A model generated the notes under the pieces. It was not told the DNA's origin. It searched no databases and was given only the letters and a program-made list of their open reading frames with translations. This document shows, one piece after another, positions 30,828-41,348 of a stretch of 64,000 nt of DNA (position 1 is the stretch's first letter; every line of letters starts with the position of its first letter). Position numbers and translations under genes: made by a program. The stretch comes from Diplonema japonicum (lineage: Eukaryota; Protista; Euglenozoa: Diplonemea). The stretch lies in the NCBI GenBank assembly GCA_964019335.1, contig OZ025659.1:682001-746000 (forward strand), read 5' to 3'.

Positions 30828-31778
30828 ATGGGCTGCCTCTGCGCTAGGCCGCATGTAGAGGAGGTCGCGGGGGGTGTTGAGGAGGAGGAGAGCCGTGGTG
30901 GGTTGGTGGTGGCGATGGTGAGCAGCACAAGGGTACGCGACGTAGACTCGCAGCGGAAGTATTTGAAAGCTGTGACGGAGCTCGAGGCCTCGGAAGGTGC
31001 CTCGTACGCAGACACGCTGCACAGGATGGACGGCGTAGGGGTGCAGAGCGTCACCATGAGCTACAACATGGAGTTCGACCCGTACACGGCTAGGTACACA
31101 CCGGACAATCACATCTCGGGGGGGCTGGTGGGGGTGGGGGTGGTTGCTGCCGTGGAAAGCCTGACCATGAAAGGCACCGTGCAGAGCGTAGGGGCACCAG
31201 AAACACAACGGGACGTCATACGATGGCTGAGAGCCAACGGGTGGGGGGAGAACTCGATCAATGTGATGTTCGAGGAACCGGGGCTTGTGGCACCCACAGT
31301 GGAGAACATACGCTCGAGCATACGAAAAGCCGTTTCCTGCTGTGCAGATGCTGTGTGGATCTCGTACAGTGGGTACTGCACCAAGCTGGAGGGCGAGCCA
31401 TGCCTTCTGGGCTGCGACGGGGCCACCTTGTCCTTTGCGGAGCTGCGGTCGTTGCTGACCTTCTCAGCAGGGACAGTTGTCAATGTGCTGCTTGACCTTG
31501 TGTGTTTGAACGACTCATGCTTTCCTATACCCCCGCTGTACTCAATGCAGTACCACAAGCCCGCGAATATCAACACCTCAACTACCATCGAGCCTCCTGT
31601 GAACAACCCTGAGGACGAGTTGTTCAGCGCCTCTGCACGGCTCAACTCGCTAAATTCTGAGCGGGACCAGCTCCTCGCTAGTACAGAAGACCTGCGTTCG
31701 CAGCTCCAAAACTCTGCTGCAGAGCTCTCGAAGCTGGAAACCCTTCTTCGGGAGTCCTCCCCTGACATGGGTGCATAA
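30828..31778 (+). CDS. N-acylated pseudo-metacaspase (p10-p20 order) with C-terminal coiled coil
   Basis: MGCLC start after pyrimidine tract and AG (30819-30820). p20-like DVIRWLRANGW...SINVM...PTVENIRSSIRKAV...VWISYSGY (His->Tyr)...VNVLLDLV (Cys->Leu). Confidence 0.7.
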   Translation: MGCLCARPHVEEVAGGVEEEESRGGLVVAMVSSTRVRDVDSQRKYLKAVTELEASEGASYADTLHRMDGVGVQSVTMSYNMEFDPYTARYTPDNHISGGLVGVGVVAAVESLTMKGTVQSVGAPETQRDVIRWLRANGWGENSINVMFEEPGLVAPTVENIRSSIRKAVSCCADAVWISYSGYCTKLEGEPCLLGCDGATLSFAELRSLLTFSAGTVVNVLLDLVCLNDSCFPIPPLYSMQYHKPANINTSTTIEPPVNNPEDELFSASARLNSLNSERDQLLASTEDLRSQLQNSAAELSKLETLLRESSPDMGA

Positions 31779-34191
31779 CACTGAGGGAACTGTTCAGGTG
31801 ATGAGGTGATGTCACCAACAAAGTGCACACGCGACACCCTCAGTGCTTGATTGAATACACAAGGAACGGGGCGTGACCAAAGGTCCTACACTGATGCATA
31901 CTGCCGGGTTACTCACCCACCTTACCTCGATCGGTTTTTTTTAAAGGGGGTTACTGGGTAAACTATCAATCATTCAAAAGTGACTGGCTGGCGGAGATTG
32001 GGTGAATACTACGCCCTGAAGAAAGACGTGAACGGGCCCGATGGCCTCATGACGACCAACCCGACCAGACCTAGTTCAACCAGAAGCCGTCTCTCCCGAT
32101 GATCGCCAGGAGGGAACCCTCCCCTCCAAAATTCGCGAACCTGAGATGGAGGTACCCCATCACCACCGACATCATCGGCGTTGCGGGGGGCAGCTGTGGT
32201 GTCACCTCATTGAATGAGACAAAGTAACAACACAAGATAGACCCTTCACCACGCTGCGCACTTAACGCCAAATAGTGTTGCAACCAAAGCCCCATTTTTT
32301 TTTTTTTTTGAAAACTCCTGGTGTGTTGTATAAAGAGGATGCGGGGGGGGGGGGGGGGGGGGGGGCGAAGATTTTAAAAAAATGATGGAGGAAGAAAAGA
32401 AGAAGAAAAAGAGAAAAAAAAAGGAAACCTGTTAAGTAACAAGGTTCCGGAAAATTTTTGTCTCTTTTTTTCCCTTTTTTTGGTGCAGGTAGAAGAAAAG
32501 AACAAGGGGGCGTCTCACAAAGACTTCCTTTAACTCATATGTTTTTCTTTCTTTTTTTCTTCAGGTGGGGATAACATGGAAATATAAGAAGTACATCAGA
32601 TGTGTTGTTCGCTGTTGACCTCCTCGTCGGTCATTACCGGTAGCGCCCGAGTGGAAGAACGTATTGCAGATGCTCAGGGTGACGAAGCAAACTGCACGAA
32701 CGCCGAATCTTGGTTACCCGGATCGCCCCGGCTGAGGTTGAGCTGTACACCGCACGCATTAAGGACACGAGGCAGAACGCAACTCGGCCGCGGTGCGCCC
32801 CTGTAATCAAGTAGACAGTTCTTGTGCAGGGCGCCGCCAACACTGGCCTCCTTTAACTCTTATATATTCTTTTTTGTTTCGGTTTTTTCTTCTTTTGTTT
32901 CAACTTTTTTTTTCTCGGTTGCTATTATTCCTTGTTCTTTCAACGTCGAGGACAGAGGTGTGCTGCCCGAAGGGAAGTTGTTGGCTATCTGGACGCCTAC
33001 GAGCGGCACGGGGCCCCCTCCCCCGCTACCACCAGTTTGTCCTCACTTGCAAAATGGTGCAACAGGGCTCTGGCTAAATTACTGTTTTGTCAGTCCGTCA
33101 CTTTTACGTTTTCTCTTTTTTTGAGGGGGTCTAGGTGAGCGGGTCATCTCACGGAAGTCTGTTCCAAACATGCGGCTTCAACAAAAGAAAAAAGATGCCC
33201 CCCCCCACGCCATGTCGGAGTGGCATCACACAGGTTAGATGACTAAGTACACCAAGCCGACTGTGAGTAAAAAGATCGAGTTTTTTTTTTCTCTTTTTTT
33301 TAGATAAAAAGGTACTTTTACCGTGCCATCCCCTCTCTTTTGCCTTTGCATGGTTAAGATCTAGTTTCTTTTTTAATCTCTATTATCACCCCCCCCCCCC
33401 CCCTCCCCCCCTGCATCTTTTGCGCAGTAATAAAGAATAGCTTGCCTATTCTTTTTTCTTTTTTCCTTTCTTCCCCGGTGCTGAAGTAGTGCAGATCCCG
33501 GCAGGCCGAGCCGTTTTCTTTTTTTCTTTTTTTTTTTTATCCTTGATTTAATTGCATTGACCGATACATTATTCCTATGCTGAGACCTAGCTCGTGCTGG
33601 GCCCTCTTCGTTACCCTTGGCAACTGAAGAGACTTTGCAACAATCAAAGTCTTTCTTTTTTTTGTACTTAAGAAGGTAGAGTTCAGATAGTTCAATTTTT
33701 TCTTCTTCCGGCTGTGCAAATTTAAAAAAAAAAAAAAAAAAGCAACAATCAACTGACTCTTTTTTCTTTTTTATTTCTTCTTTGTTCTGGTTTTGTTATC
33801 CCCCCCCCAAAAAAAAACGAGCTGAAAAAAAAACAAAATAAAAAAATAAATAAAGGAAAAAATAATCAGGAGAGGGAACTTTGCATTTTCTTCCCACCAG
33901 TGATTCGGCTCTTCCCCCACGCCCCTCCTCCCCCCTCCCCTTTTTTTGTGTCCCTTAAATCTTCTCATGATGCCTTATTCTTCTGGTAAGGCAAAGGAGA
34001 TACACAAAGGGTGGGGGCTTTCTTTTTTGGTTTGTTATGGTTTATCTTCTTTCCCCACCCCCTTTTTTTCTTTCTTTCCCTGAATTTTTTTTTTTCAAAA
34101 AAAAAAAACACACAAAAGTGAATTAAAAAAACCGCAGTAAAAAACAGGACATCACACCCCCCCCCACAAAAAACAAATTCAAAAGAATAGA

Positions 34192-37100
34192 ATGCCAGGC
34201 AACGAGCCCATCGACGATACTCTTGCTAAGGAAGTCTATGTGAACGCAGGGAAGTACAGCAGAAGGGAACATGCAAGCTGCATGGAAGAGGTGACGCTTT
34301 CTTACATCACCCCGGTCATGCAGAAGGCGCGTGACGGTGACCTCAAGCTGGATGACCTGGACCCCATCCTTGACAGCGAGAAGGCCATCAACCAAGACGA
34401 GCGTTTCAAAGAAGCTTGGAATGCAGCCCTTGCGAAGGTAGATTCAGCAAGCTTCAAACGGGCCATGACCACTGTGACCCAACGGGACAAGGACCGACTC
34501 CTGTTCAAGGACGAGTCAGCTTGGGCTGATTTGAAGGGCCGTGTTGATGCTGGTGAATTTTCCGACCACACACATCTTCAAGCCTTCCAAGAGGAATGCA
34601 GCAAGGTCATTGATACTGCCTATAAGGCAATCGCCCCAGACTGCGTGAGGTGCATGTGCAAAATGTGCCCTCTCCCAGAAGGGATGCCCGAGGCTAAAGG
34701 TCTCCCCCCCGCCGATCCTGCTCACCAAGGCAAGATGGCCCTCCTGATCTCTTCCCTCAACTATGCAGTGCTCTCCTCGCAGCCCAAGCTGTCGCATTTG
34801 CTGTACGGTGTGTATATTAAGGAGATCATTTATTCGGCATTGCTTGGTCTCGGGCAGGCTCTGCCGCCGTTCGTGCCCATTTTCTTGTACCCCAAGCTCA
34901 TCGACTGTCTGATCCCCACGGAGATCCCCGATGGTAGGGTCGCAGGCGCACCTTACGAGCTTGAAACCATCGACCCCACATGGTACGGGTACATCTATGC
35001 AGGCATCATCGCCGTTGCTATCTTCTTCATGGCCCTCTGCATGACAAGGTCCTTCTTGACGGCCTACAGCGTTGGTACCAAGCTGCGATCGTGCATGGCG
35101 TCTGCCATCACCGACAAGGCCCTCAGGATCTCCCAGAAGGGGTGGCTCTCTGCTGGCGGGCATTCGAAAATCTTCAACCTTCTCCTCGGTGACGTGGAGA
35201 GGATCTTCCAGCAGTGCCAAGGGCTTCTTGGGATGGTCTTCTTCATCCCCATCTCCACGCTGTTCGCGCTCATCTATCTGTTCTACGTCATGTCGTGGCC
35301 CACTGTGGGCGGGCTTGTGATCCTGTGCATTGCCATCCCTTACAACTACCACATCGCTGACACGTTCATCAAGCTGTTCGTGGAACGCATGCTCAAAGCA
35401 GATGGGCGCACGAAGAAAGTTCACGAAATGATCGAGAACATCCGTGGGGTGAAATTCTACCAATGGGAGCAGCAGTACGTAGATGAGATCATGGAGGTGC
35501 GTGAAGGCGAGTGCGAGATCATCTTTGTCCTCATCGCAAAGATCGCACAGCTCGTGACTTCATCCACTTTCTCTCCCTTCCTGTTCCAGACAGTGATCCT
35601 CGTCATCTACGCCCTGTGGGACGAAGAGGGGCTTGACACTGAAAAGGTGTTCTTGTCTCTGTCCCTAACCCATGTGTTGCGAGGCAGCTTCATCTTCCTC
35701 CCCTTCATCTACGCAGGCTATGTCCAGGCTGAAATCGGGTTCACACGTGTGCAGGACTTCCTTTGTAAGGTGGAAGCAGCCCCCCAGCCATTGGGTGAGC
35801 AGGACGGTAAGATTACATGCAAGAACGGCAAGTTTGGGTGGGAGAAGGGCAAGCCCGTTCTGTCAAACATCAACCTGGACATCCAAAAGGGCGATCTGGT
35901 GATGGTGGTCGGGAAGGTGGGGGACGGCAAGTCCTCGCTTATCAGCAGTCTGCTGCAGGAGATTACCGAAATGGAGGGAGAGATCCACCTGGGGGGCACT
36001 ATCGCATACTGCCCGCAGACACCGTGGATCGTGAGCGGGACTTTAAAGGCGAACATCGAGTGGTCCAGGAAGGGGAAGGGGAAGGGGGCCCAGAACGCGC
36101 GAGACTACCACCAAGCGGTGAAGAACGTTGCACTGCTGCCCGACCTCCAGACACAGTTGCAGGACGGAGACGGGACAATCATCGGCGAGAAAGGGATCAA
36201 CATTTCTGGCGGGCAGAAGGCTCGTGTGGCCCTTGCGCGTGCCCTTTACAGTGAGGCGGACATCTACCTGCTTGACGACGTGCTGTCTGCTGTGGATGCT
36301 CACGTTGGGAAGCACATCTTCGACAACGCACTGCAAAAGCAGTTGGGCAACAAGACACGTATCCTCTGCACAAACCAGATCCAGTTCCTTCAGCACGCTA
36401 CCCGCGTGTACTCCCTCGAGAAGTGCGAAGACGGGGGGAACACGCTTGTCGAGGTCGATATCAACGAGCCTGTCCCGGGCTCCCACTTCGAGGAGCTGAT
36501 GAACGAGTTCAAACGGCAACAGGCAAAGGCGGTCGAAGCCAGAGACGACGAACTGGAAAAACAGTCGGCAATCTCTTCTGCATCGTCCTTCGACGCCGAG
36601 AATGAAGTGACGGCCTTCAGAAAGGATGGGTTCGAGGGGAACAAACTGCTGGAAGACGAAGTGGTGGAGGACGGCGAGGTAACATGGGCGACGTACAGGG
36701 CGTACTTCAGTCACTTCGGAGGCTTTTGGTGGTGGGCTTTGTATATCTTTGGCCACGTGGTCTTCAACGTGTCCGACAAGTTCTCGCAGATCTGGATCGG
36801 GTGGTACGCGGCACAGGGCCAGGAGCAGTCCATCGCATGGCACAACGCACGCATCATCACCGATGAGCCGACCGCCATGTGGTTCGGTGTGTACATCGGT
36901 TCCATCGCATTCGGAAGCTTGGTCCTCGCATTGCGCGAGTACATGTACGCATACGGTGCTGTGAGGCCATGTCGTACCCTGTACAGGGAGGAGCTTGTCC
37001 GCGTACTGAAATCCCCGACACAGTTCTTCGACACCACCCCCGTGGGGCGCATTCTGACCCGTTTCGTGAACGACTGGGAGGCCGTTGACTTCATGGTGCC

Positions 37101-38463
37101 GCTCTTCATGGCGCAAACATTTATTCAGTTCAGCTTGCTCGGCGGTGCTGCAGTCATGATCGCCCTGACGCTTCCATGGTTCACCATCATGTTCATCCCC
37201 ATCGGGCTTAGCATCTGGTACGTGGTGCATCAGGATGCCGCGTCACTGCGTCTTAGAAGGCTCTTTAACGTAACAAAATCGCCTGTGTCGAACATCTTTG
37301 CGGAGAACCTGCGTGGGTTGTCGTCGATCCGTGCTTACGGGCAGGGCGCGGTTGTGGCGCATGACCAGCGGGAGGCGATCGACCTGAACCACGCGTGCTT
37401 CATGGGGGAGCGTATTGTCTTCGAATGGGTGCGTCTGCGTGTCAACATGCTCGCAGCAGCCATCATGGTGTCCACCGTTCTTATCATCATCTTTGTAAAG
37501 GACGAGCTGACACCGACGGATCTGGGCCTTGCCATCTCGCAGGGGGTTTTCATTGTTCTGTCGATTGCGAACGCGTTCCTCATGAGACAGCAGATGGACA
37601 TGTCGATGAACAGCACGGAGCGTGTCTTGGAGTACACGAGGCTGCCCGAGGAGGAACCGGAAGAGGTCAGCAAAAACTGCGCGAAAATGCCGGAAAACTG
37701 GCCGAAACACGGCGAGCTCGACATCGAAGAACTGTCGGTGAGGTACAGAAAGGAGCTACCGCTTGCAGTCAGAGACGTTAACATCCACGTTGAGGGAGGA
37801 TGGAAGGTAGGCATTGTGGGCCGTACTGGAAGCGGGAAATCAACATTGTTGAAAACACTCTTCCGCCTCATGCGTCCTGAGAAAGGCTTCAAGCTGATGA
37901 TCGACGGTTTCGATGCCAGCACGTTGAGCATTAACGACCTGAGAAGTATATTCGCCATCATCCCTCAGGAGCCGGTTTTGTTTGCGAACACTGTGAAGAA
38001 GAACATCGACCCCTTCAACAACAGTACCGAGGAAATGTTGAGGGATGCTATTAAAAAATGCCACCTTCACGATTATCTGCAGGAACGGGCCGGGGAGGAT
38101 GGTGATGTTCTGGAAGTTATGATCACTGACGACGCACTCTCTATCGGGCAGAGACAGATGTTATGCCTCGCTAGGGCGTTGGTCTTGAACAGGAAGTTCC
38201 TTCTTTTAGATGAAGCCACAGCTTCTGTTGACATCCATACAGATAAGCTTATTCAGGAAACGCTAGTTACTGCGTTCGCTGATTGCACTGTTCTTACTAT
38301 AGCGCACCGTCTGAATACGATTACTCATTCTGACAGGATCCTCGTTATGACTTCTACAGATGGTGTTGGCCATGTTGCCCAGTATGGGACTTATGGTGAA
38401 CTGCTTGAGGACACTGAGGGTATTTTCCATACCTTGGCCAAGCAGGCAAAGCTTATCGAGTAA
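34192..38463 (+). CDS. ABCC/MRP-family ABC transporter (TMD-NBD-TMD-NBD)
   Basis: NBD1 GKVGDGKS / ISGGQKAR / YLLDD; NBD2 GRTGSGKS / LSIGQRQ / LLLDEATA; FFDTTPVGRI; two TM bundles; 1423 aa. Confidence 0.95.
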   Translation: MPGNEPIDDTLAKEVYVNAGKYSRREHASCMEEVTLSYITPVMQKARDGDLKLDDLDPILDSEKAINQDERFKEAWNAALAKVDSASFKRAMTTVTQRDKDRLLFKDESAWADLKGRVDAGEFSDHTHLQAFQEECSKVIDTAYKAIAPDCVRCMCKMCPLPEGMPEAKGLPPADPAHQGKMALLISSLNYAVLSSQPKLSHLLYGVYIKEIIYSALLGLGQALPPFVPIFLYPKLIDCLIPTEIPDGRVAGAPYELETIDPTWYGYIYAGIIAVAIFFMALCMTRSFLTAYSVGTKLRSCMASAITDKALRISQKGWLSAGGHSKIFNLLLGDVERIFQQCQGLLGMVFFIPISTLFALIYLFYVMSWPTVGGLVILCIAIPYNYHIADTFIKLFVERMLKADGRTKKVHEMIENIRGVKFYQWEQQYVDEIMEVREGECEIIFVLIAKIAQLVTSSTFSPFLFQTVILVIYALWDEEGLDTEKVFLSLSLTHVLRGSFIFLPFIYAGYVQAEIGFTRVQDFLCKVEAAPQPLGEQDGKITCKNGKFGWEKGKPVLSNINLDIQKGDLVMVVGKVGDGKSSLISSLLQEITEMEGEIHLGGTIAYCPQTPWIVSGTLKANIEWSRKGKGKGAQNARDYHQAVKNVALLPDLQTQLQDGDGTIIGEKGINISGGQKARVALARALYSEADIYLLDDVLSAVDAHVGKHIFDNALQKQLGNKTRILCTNQIQFLQHATRVYSLEKCEDGGNTLVEVDINEPVPGSHFEELMNEFKRQQAKAVEARDDELEKQSAISSASSFDAENEVTAFRKDGFEGNKLLEDEVVEDGEVTWATYRAYFSHFGGFWWWALYIFGHVVFNVSDKFSQIWIGWYAAQGQEQSIAWHNARIITDEPTAMWFGVYIGSIAFGSLVLALREYMYAYGAVRPCRTLYREELVRVLKSPTQFFDTTPVGRILTRFVNDWEAVDFMVPLFMAQTFIQFSLLGGAAVMIALTLPWFTIMFIPIGLSIWYVVHQDAASLRLRRLFNVTKSPVSNIFAENLRGLSSIRAYGQGAVVAHDQREAIDLNHACFMGERIVFEWVRLRVNMLAAAIMVSTVLIIIFVKDELTPTDLGLAISQGVFIVLSIANAFLMRQQMDMSMNSTERVLEYTRLPEEEPEEVSKNCAKMPENWPKHGELDIEELSVRYRKELPLAVRDVNIHVEGGWKVGIVGRTGSGKSTLLKTLFRLMRPEKGFKLMIDGFDASTLSINDLRSIFAIIPQEPVLFANTVKKNIDPFNNSTEEMLRDAIKKCHLHDYLQERAGEDGDVLEVMITDDALSIGQRQMLCLARALVLNRKFLLLDEATASVDIHTDKLIQETLVTAFADCTVLTIAHRLNTITHSDRILVMTSTDGVGHVAQYGTYGELLEDTEGIFHTLAKQAKLIE

Positions 38464-40500
38464 AAAAAAAAAAAAAAAAAAAAAAGGATAACTTTTTTTT
38501 TTTTTTTTTTATTTCAAAAAAAGTTTTTTTTTTTTTTTTTCCCCTCCACTTTACGATTTCATTCGCTCCAAGATTTCTAGCTGCTGTACCTTTGAGAATG
38601 AGAACACTTTATTTTTCAGTTTTTTCTTTTTCTTTTTTTTTTTTTCCTTCTTCTTCTTTTTTTGTTTCTCAGAATTCCGGGGAAATAAAATAAAGAAAAG
38701 AAAGAGAGAGAAAAAAATGAAGAATAGGAAAAAAAAAAGAACGGAAAAAAAAAAAATATGAAAATATATATTGTGTTGCTCCTTTTTTTTAAGAATTCAT
38801 TGTTTTCTTTCCAAGAAAATAATTGCTGTTTAAATGGGAGAATTCCAGAGGCAGATGTTTCCCCCCCCCCCTTTTTTTTCTTCGACGCCTATATCTCTAA
38901 TTCATTGCACAAACCAAGTACAGATGGTGTTTTGTAGAAGATTTTCCGGAAAGGTTTTTTGTCCCGGGTTCACGGGTGAGGAATAGAGCAATTTTCTGTG
39001 TCCCCCTGGCGTAGGGGGGAGTACCAGATGTGTTTTAGAGATATGGCGCGCGATTTTTTTTTTTTTTTGTTATTGTTGCTGTTTTTCTTTTTTTTTTTAA
39101 AAAATGAAAGGTAAAAAAAAAAGAAGAAAGATCCGATGGGAGGTTTTACCTTCACTCCCTCTACCTCCATCTTTTCCCGCATTTTTTTTTCTTCCTCCTC
39201 TCTCCCTCTCCCTTTCACTTCTACAAAAAAAGAAAATAAGAAAAAAAAGAAGAAGAAGAAAACTAGCTCTTATTTGTTCCTTTATTATTATTTTATTTTA
39301 TTTTTAAATATTTACTTTTTCTTTTTTTTTTTTTTCTTTTTTGAATTGTCCGAGAGTGCTGTAAAAAAAAAAAAAAAAAAAAATTACGACAAGAAACAGG
39401 GGAAAACAACAAAAAAAGAGAATTTAAAAAAAAAAAAAAAGAAATCCCACCCCCACGACCCGCTTTTTTTTATCTATGTGATGTAATATCTGAAAAAAAA
39501 ATCTTTTTTTTTTCTCCAATGGGAAGGACGTGTGTTGTTTTAAGAAAACTTCGGTTCTTTTGGTCGGGTGTGCCAATATGTTTATCTCTGTGGTACCAAA
39601 TGTTTCAGTACTACGATTTTTGCTCTTTTTGTCGCGAGACGTGCTAGACCATATTTTTCTTTTTGAACAAAACAAAAAGAAAAAGAAAACGACCACCTCC
39701 CCTGCCCCAATTTTTTTTTTCTGTTTACTTTCCATCATGTGCCCCTAGCCTTTTTAAAAAAAAAATGAGAGAGTATGCTATATTTTCTCTTTTTCTTTTC
39801 ACCCCCCCCCCTTAGAAAAAAATGTAAAAGATCTCTTGATTTCCCTTATCCTTGAACACACTATTTATCAGGTACTAAAAAAAAAAAAAAACTTCTATTT
39901 TTCTTTTTTAAAAACACACTCTCGCCCATTTTCTTGACAAAAAAAAAATGAAACTACAAAAGAATAGCCGACGTTCCTCCATTTCCCCACCCCTGCAAAA
40001 AAGAAAAAGAGAAAATAAAAAAAACACACGCGTTCAAAATCCTTGCCTCAACTACAGCTTTAGCTCATTTTTTTTTTTTTTTGCCAGCCTTTCTTTTGGG
40101 AAAAACGAAAAAAAGAAAAAGAAAAGAAAAGGTAGTCTCTCAAAAAGAAAAAAGAGAAATGGTGCAAGAATCCGGTTTCCGAATTCTTGTAATTTGTGAT
40201 TTAAAGCGTGCGATTAAAAAACAACTGGCGTAACACTCTCCTTCTTCCCCATCCCTTCTTTTTTTTCTTTTTCTTTTTTTCTTTTTTTTTTTTTTTCGTT
40301 CACGTGGTCTCCACTTCCTCCACTCGAAGGCTTGCTTGCCCCCAGCCTGGCTGTTGCAGGATTTTTTTTCTGTTTCTTTTTTTGCAATCGACAACACGGG
40401 GACCACCGTAAAAAAAAAAAAAAAAAAAAAAAGAACAAGAACACAAAAAAAAAAAAAAAAAAAAGAAAGAAAGAAAGGGAAAGAAGAAGAAAGAACACCC
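38464..40500. repeat. ~2 kb low-complexity poly-A/poly-T spacer (long UTR/intergenic)
   Basis: Dense A and T homopolymers; ORFs here translate to poly-Lys/Phe artefacts. Confidence 0.7.
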
Positions 40501-40681
40501 AGCCCCGGTAACCAGATATCATTTGACATCATACGAACACACAAAATGGCTTGAGAGCGCGGAAGGCACCCTCACCCCCCCACCCCACCCCCTTTTTTTA
40601 CTCTCTATTTCCCTCTTTTTTATTTCCCGTCAACACCCCCTTTTTTTTTTCAATGTCAATTTCTTATGTAACTACAGGCGA

Positions 40682-41206
40682 ATGGATGGGTCACCGGAGA
40701 TACTGTTTGGCTCCCCACGCCATGGTGCTGGGTCGCCAGAGGTGGTGTTGAGGAGCGAAACAGGCAGCCCTCGGGTGGAGGAGGAAGTGATGGGGCAACA
40801 CGAAGCTTCTCTGCTCTACCATGAGGATATCGTGAGCAGCATGCTAAGAGGGGTGCGCGAGTGGCAGGGCGAAGGGAGAACAAGCAGCCCCCTCTTGGCC
40901 CGGGACCTCCTCACGTGGGCACGGCATCTCGCATCTCAGTCCCGCGCCGCCCGGTCCCTCTGCACAGCACAGATAGACATGCTGCACAACCTCTACTCGG
41001 AGATCGAGGTACACGAATCGCACCTCTCCACCACTCCTACACCGCTTCTTTCTGAGCTCCGGGCTGCCGTTTCTCAAGCTGCCTTCACCATTGAGCCCGC
41101 TGACTCGACTGACGCAGTGTCGAACAAGGTACGCATTCTTGAGGGCGAGCTCCAAGGTGCGAGGGACGAGCTCGCAGAGTTGCGACATTTGCTGAACAGG
41201 CGATGA
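40682..41206 (+). CDS. Hypothetical protein with C-terminal coiled coil
   Basis: GC-rich ORF starting 4 nt after a pyrimidine tract and CAG (40675-40677); heptad-like end VRILEGELQGARDELAELRHLL. Confidence 0.6.
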   Translation: MDGSPEILFGSPRHGAGSPEVVLRSETGSPRVEEEVMGQHEASLLYHEDIVSSMLRGVREWQGEGRTSSPLLARDLLTWARHLASQSRAARSLCTAQIDMLHNLYSEIEVHESHLSTTPTPLLSELRAAVSQAAFTIEPADSTDAVSNKVRILEGELQGARDELAELRHLLNRR

Positions 41207-41348
41207 AATTACGGAGGAAGGGTGAAAAAATGTACTTTTTTTTTTTGTATTGTTCTTATATTTTTTTTTTTTGTGTTTTTTTTTTGTGTGTTTCTTTGTT
41301 TAAGTCCTCCCTGTCCCTGTAGAAAAAAAGAGAGAAAAAATAATAATA

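Noticed and set aside
31779-31845. SECIS-like stem (ATGA...AAA...GA) in a 3'UTR position
   Set aside because: The upstream gene has no in-frame TGA and ends in TAA, and helix II is irregular.
32670-32741. Frame ending PG-TGA-G-TGA, like a SelK/SelS C-terminus
   Set aside because: Only ~21 codons from the nearest ATG, no TM segment or similarity, and no convincing SECIS downstream.
38970-40554. Many short ORFs with poly-Lys/poly-Phe
   Set aside because: These are translations of A/T homopolymers in spacers; the same applies at 2413-3158, 43356-43912, 52114-53333 and 59930-61020.
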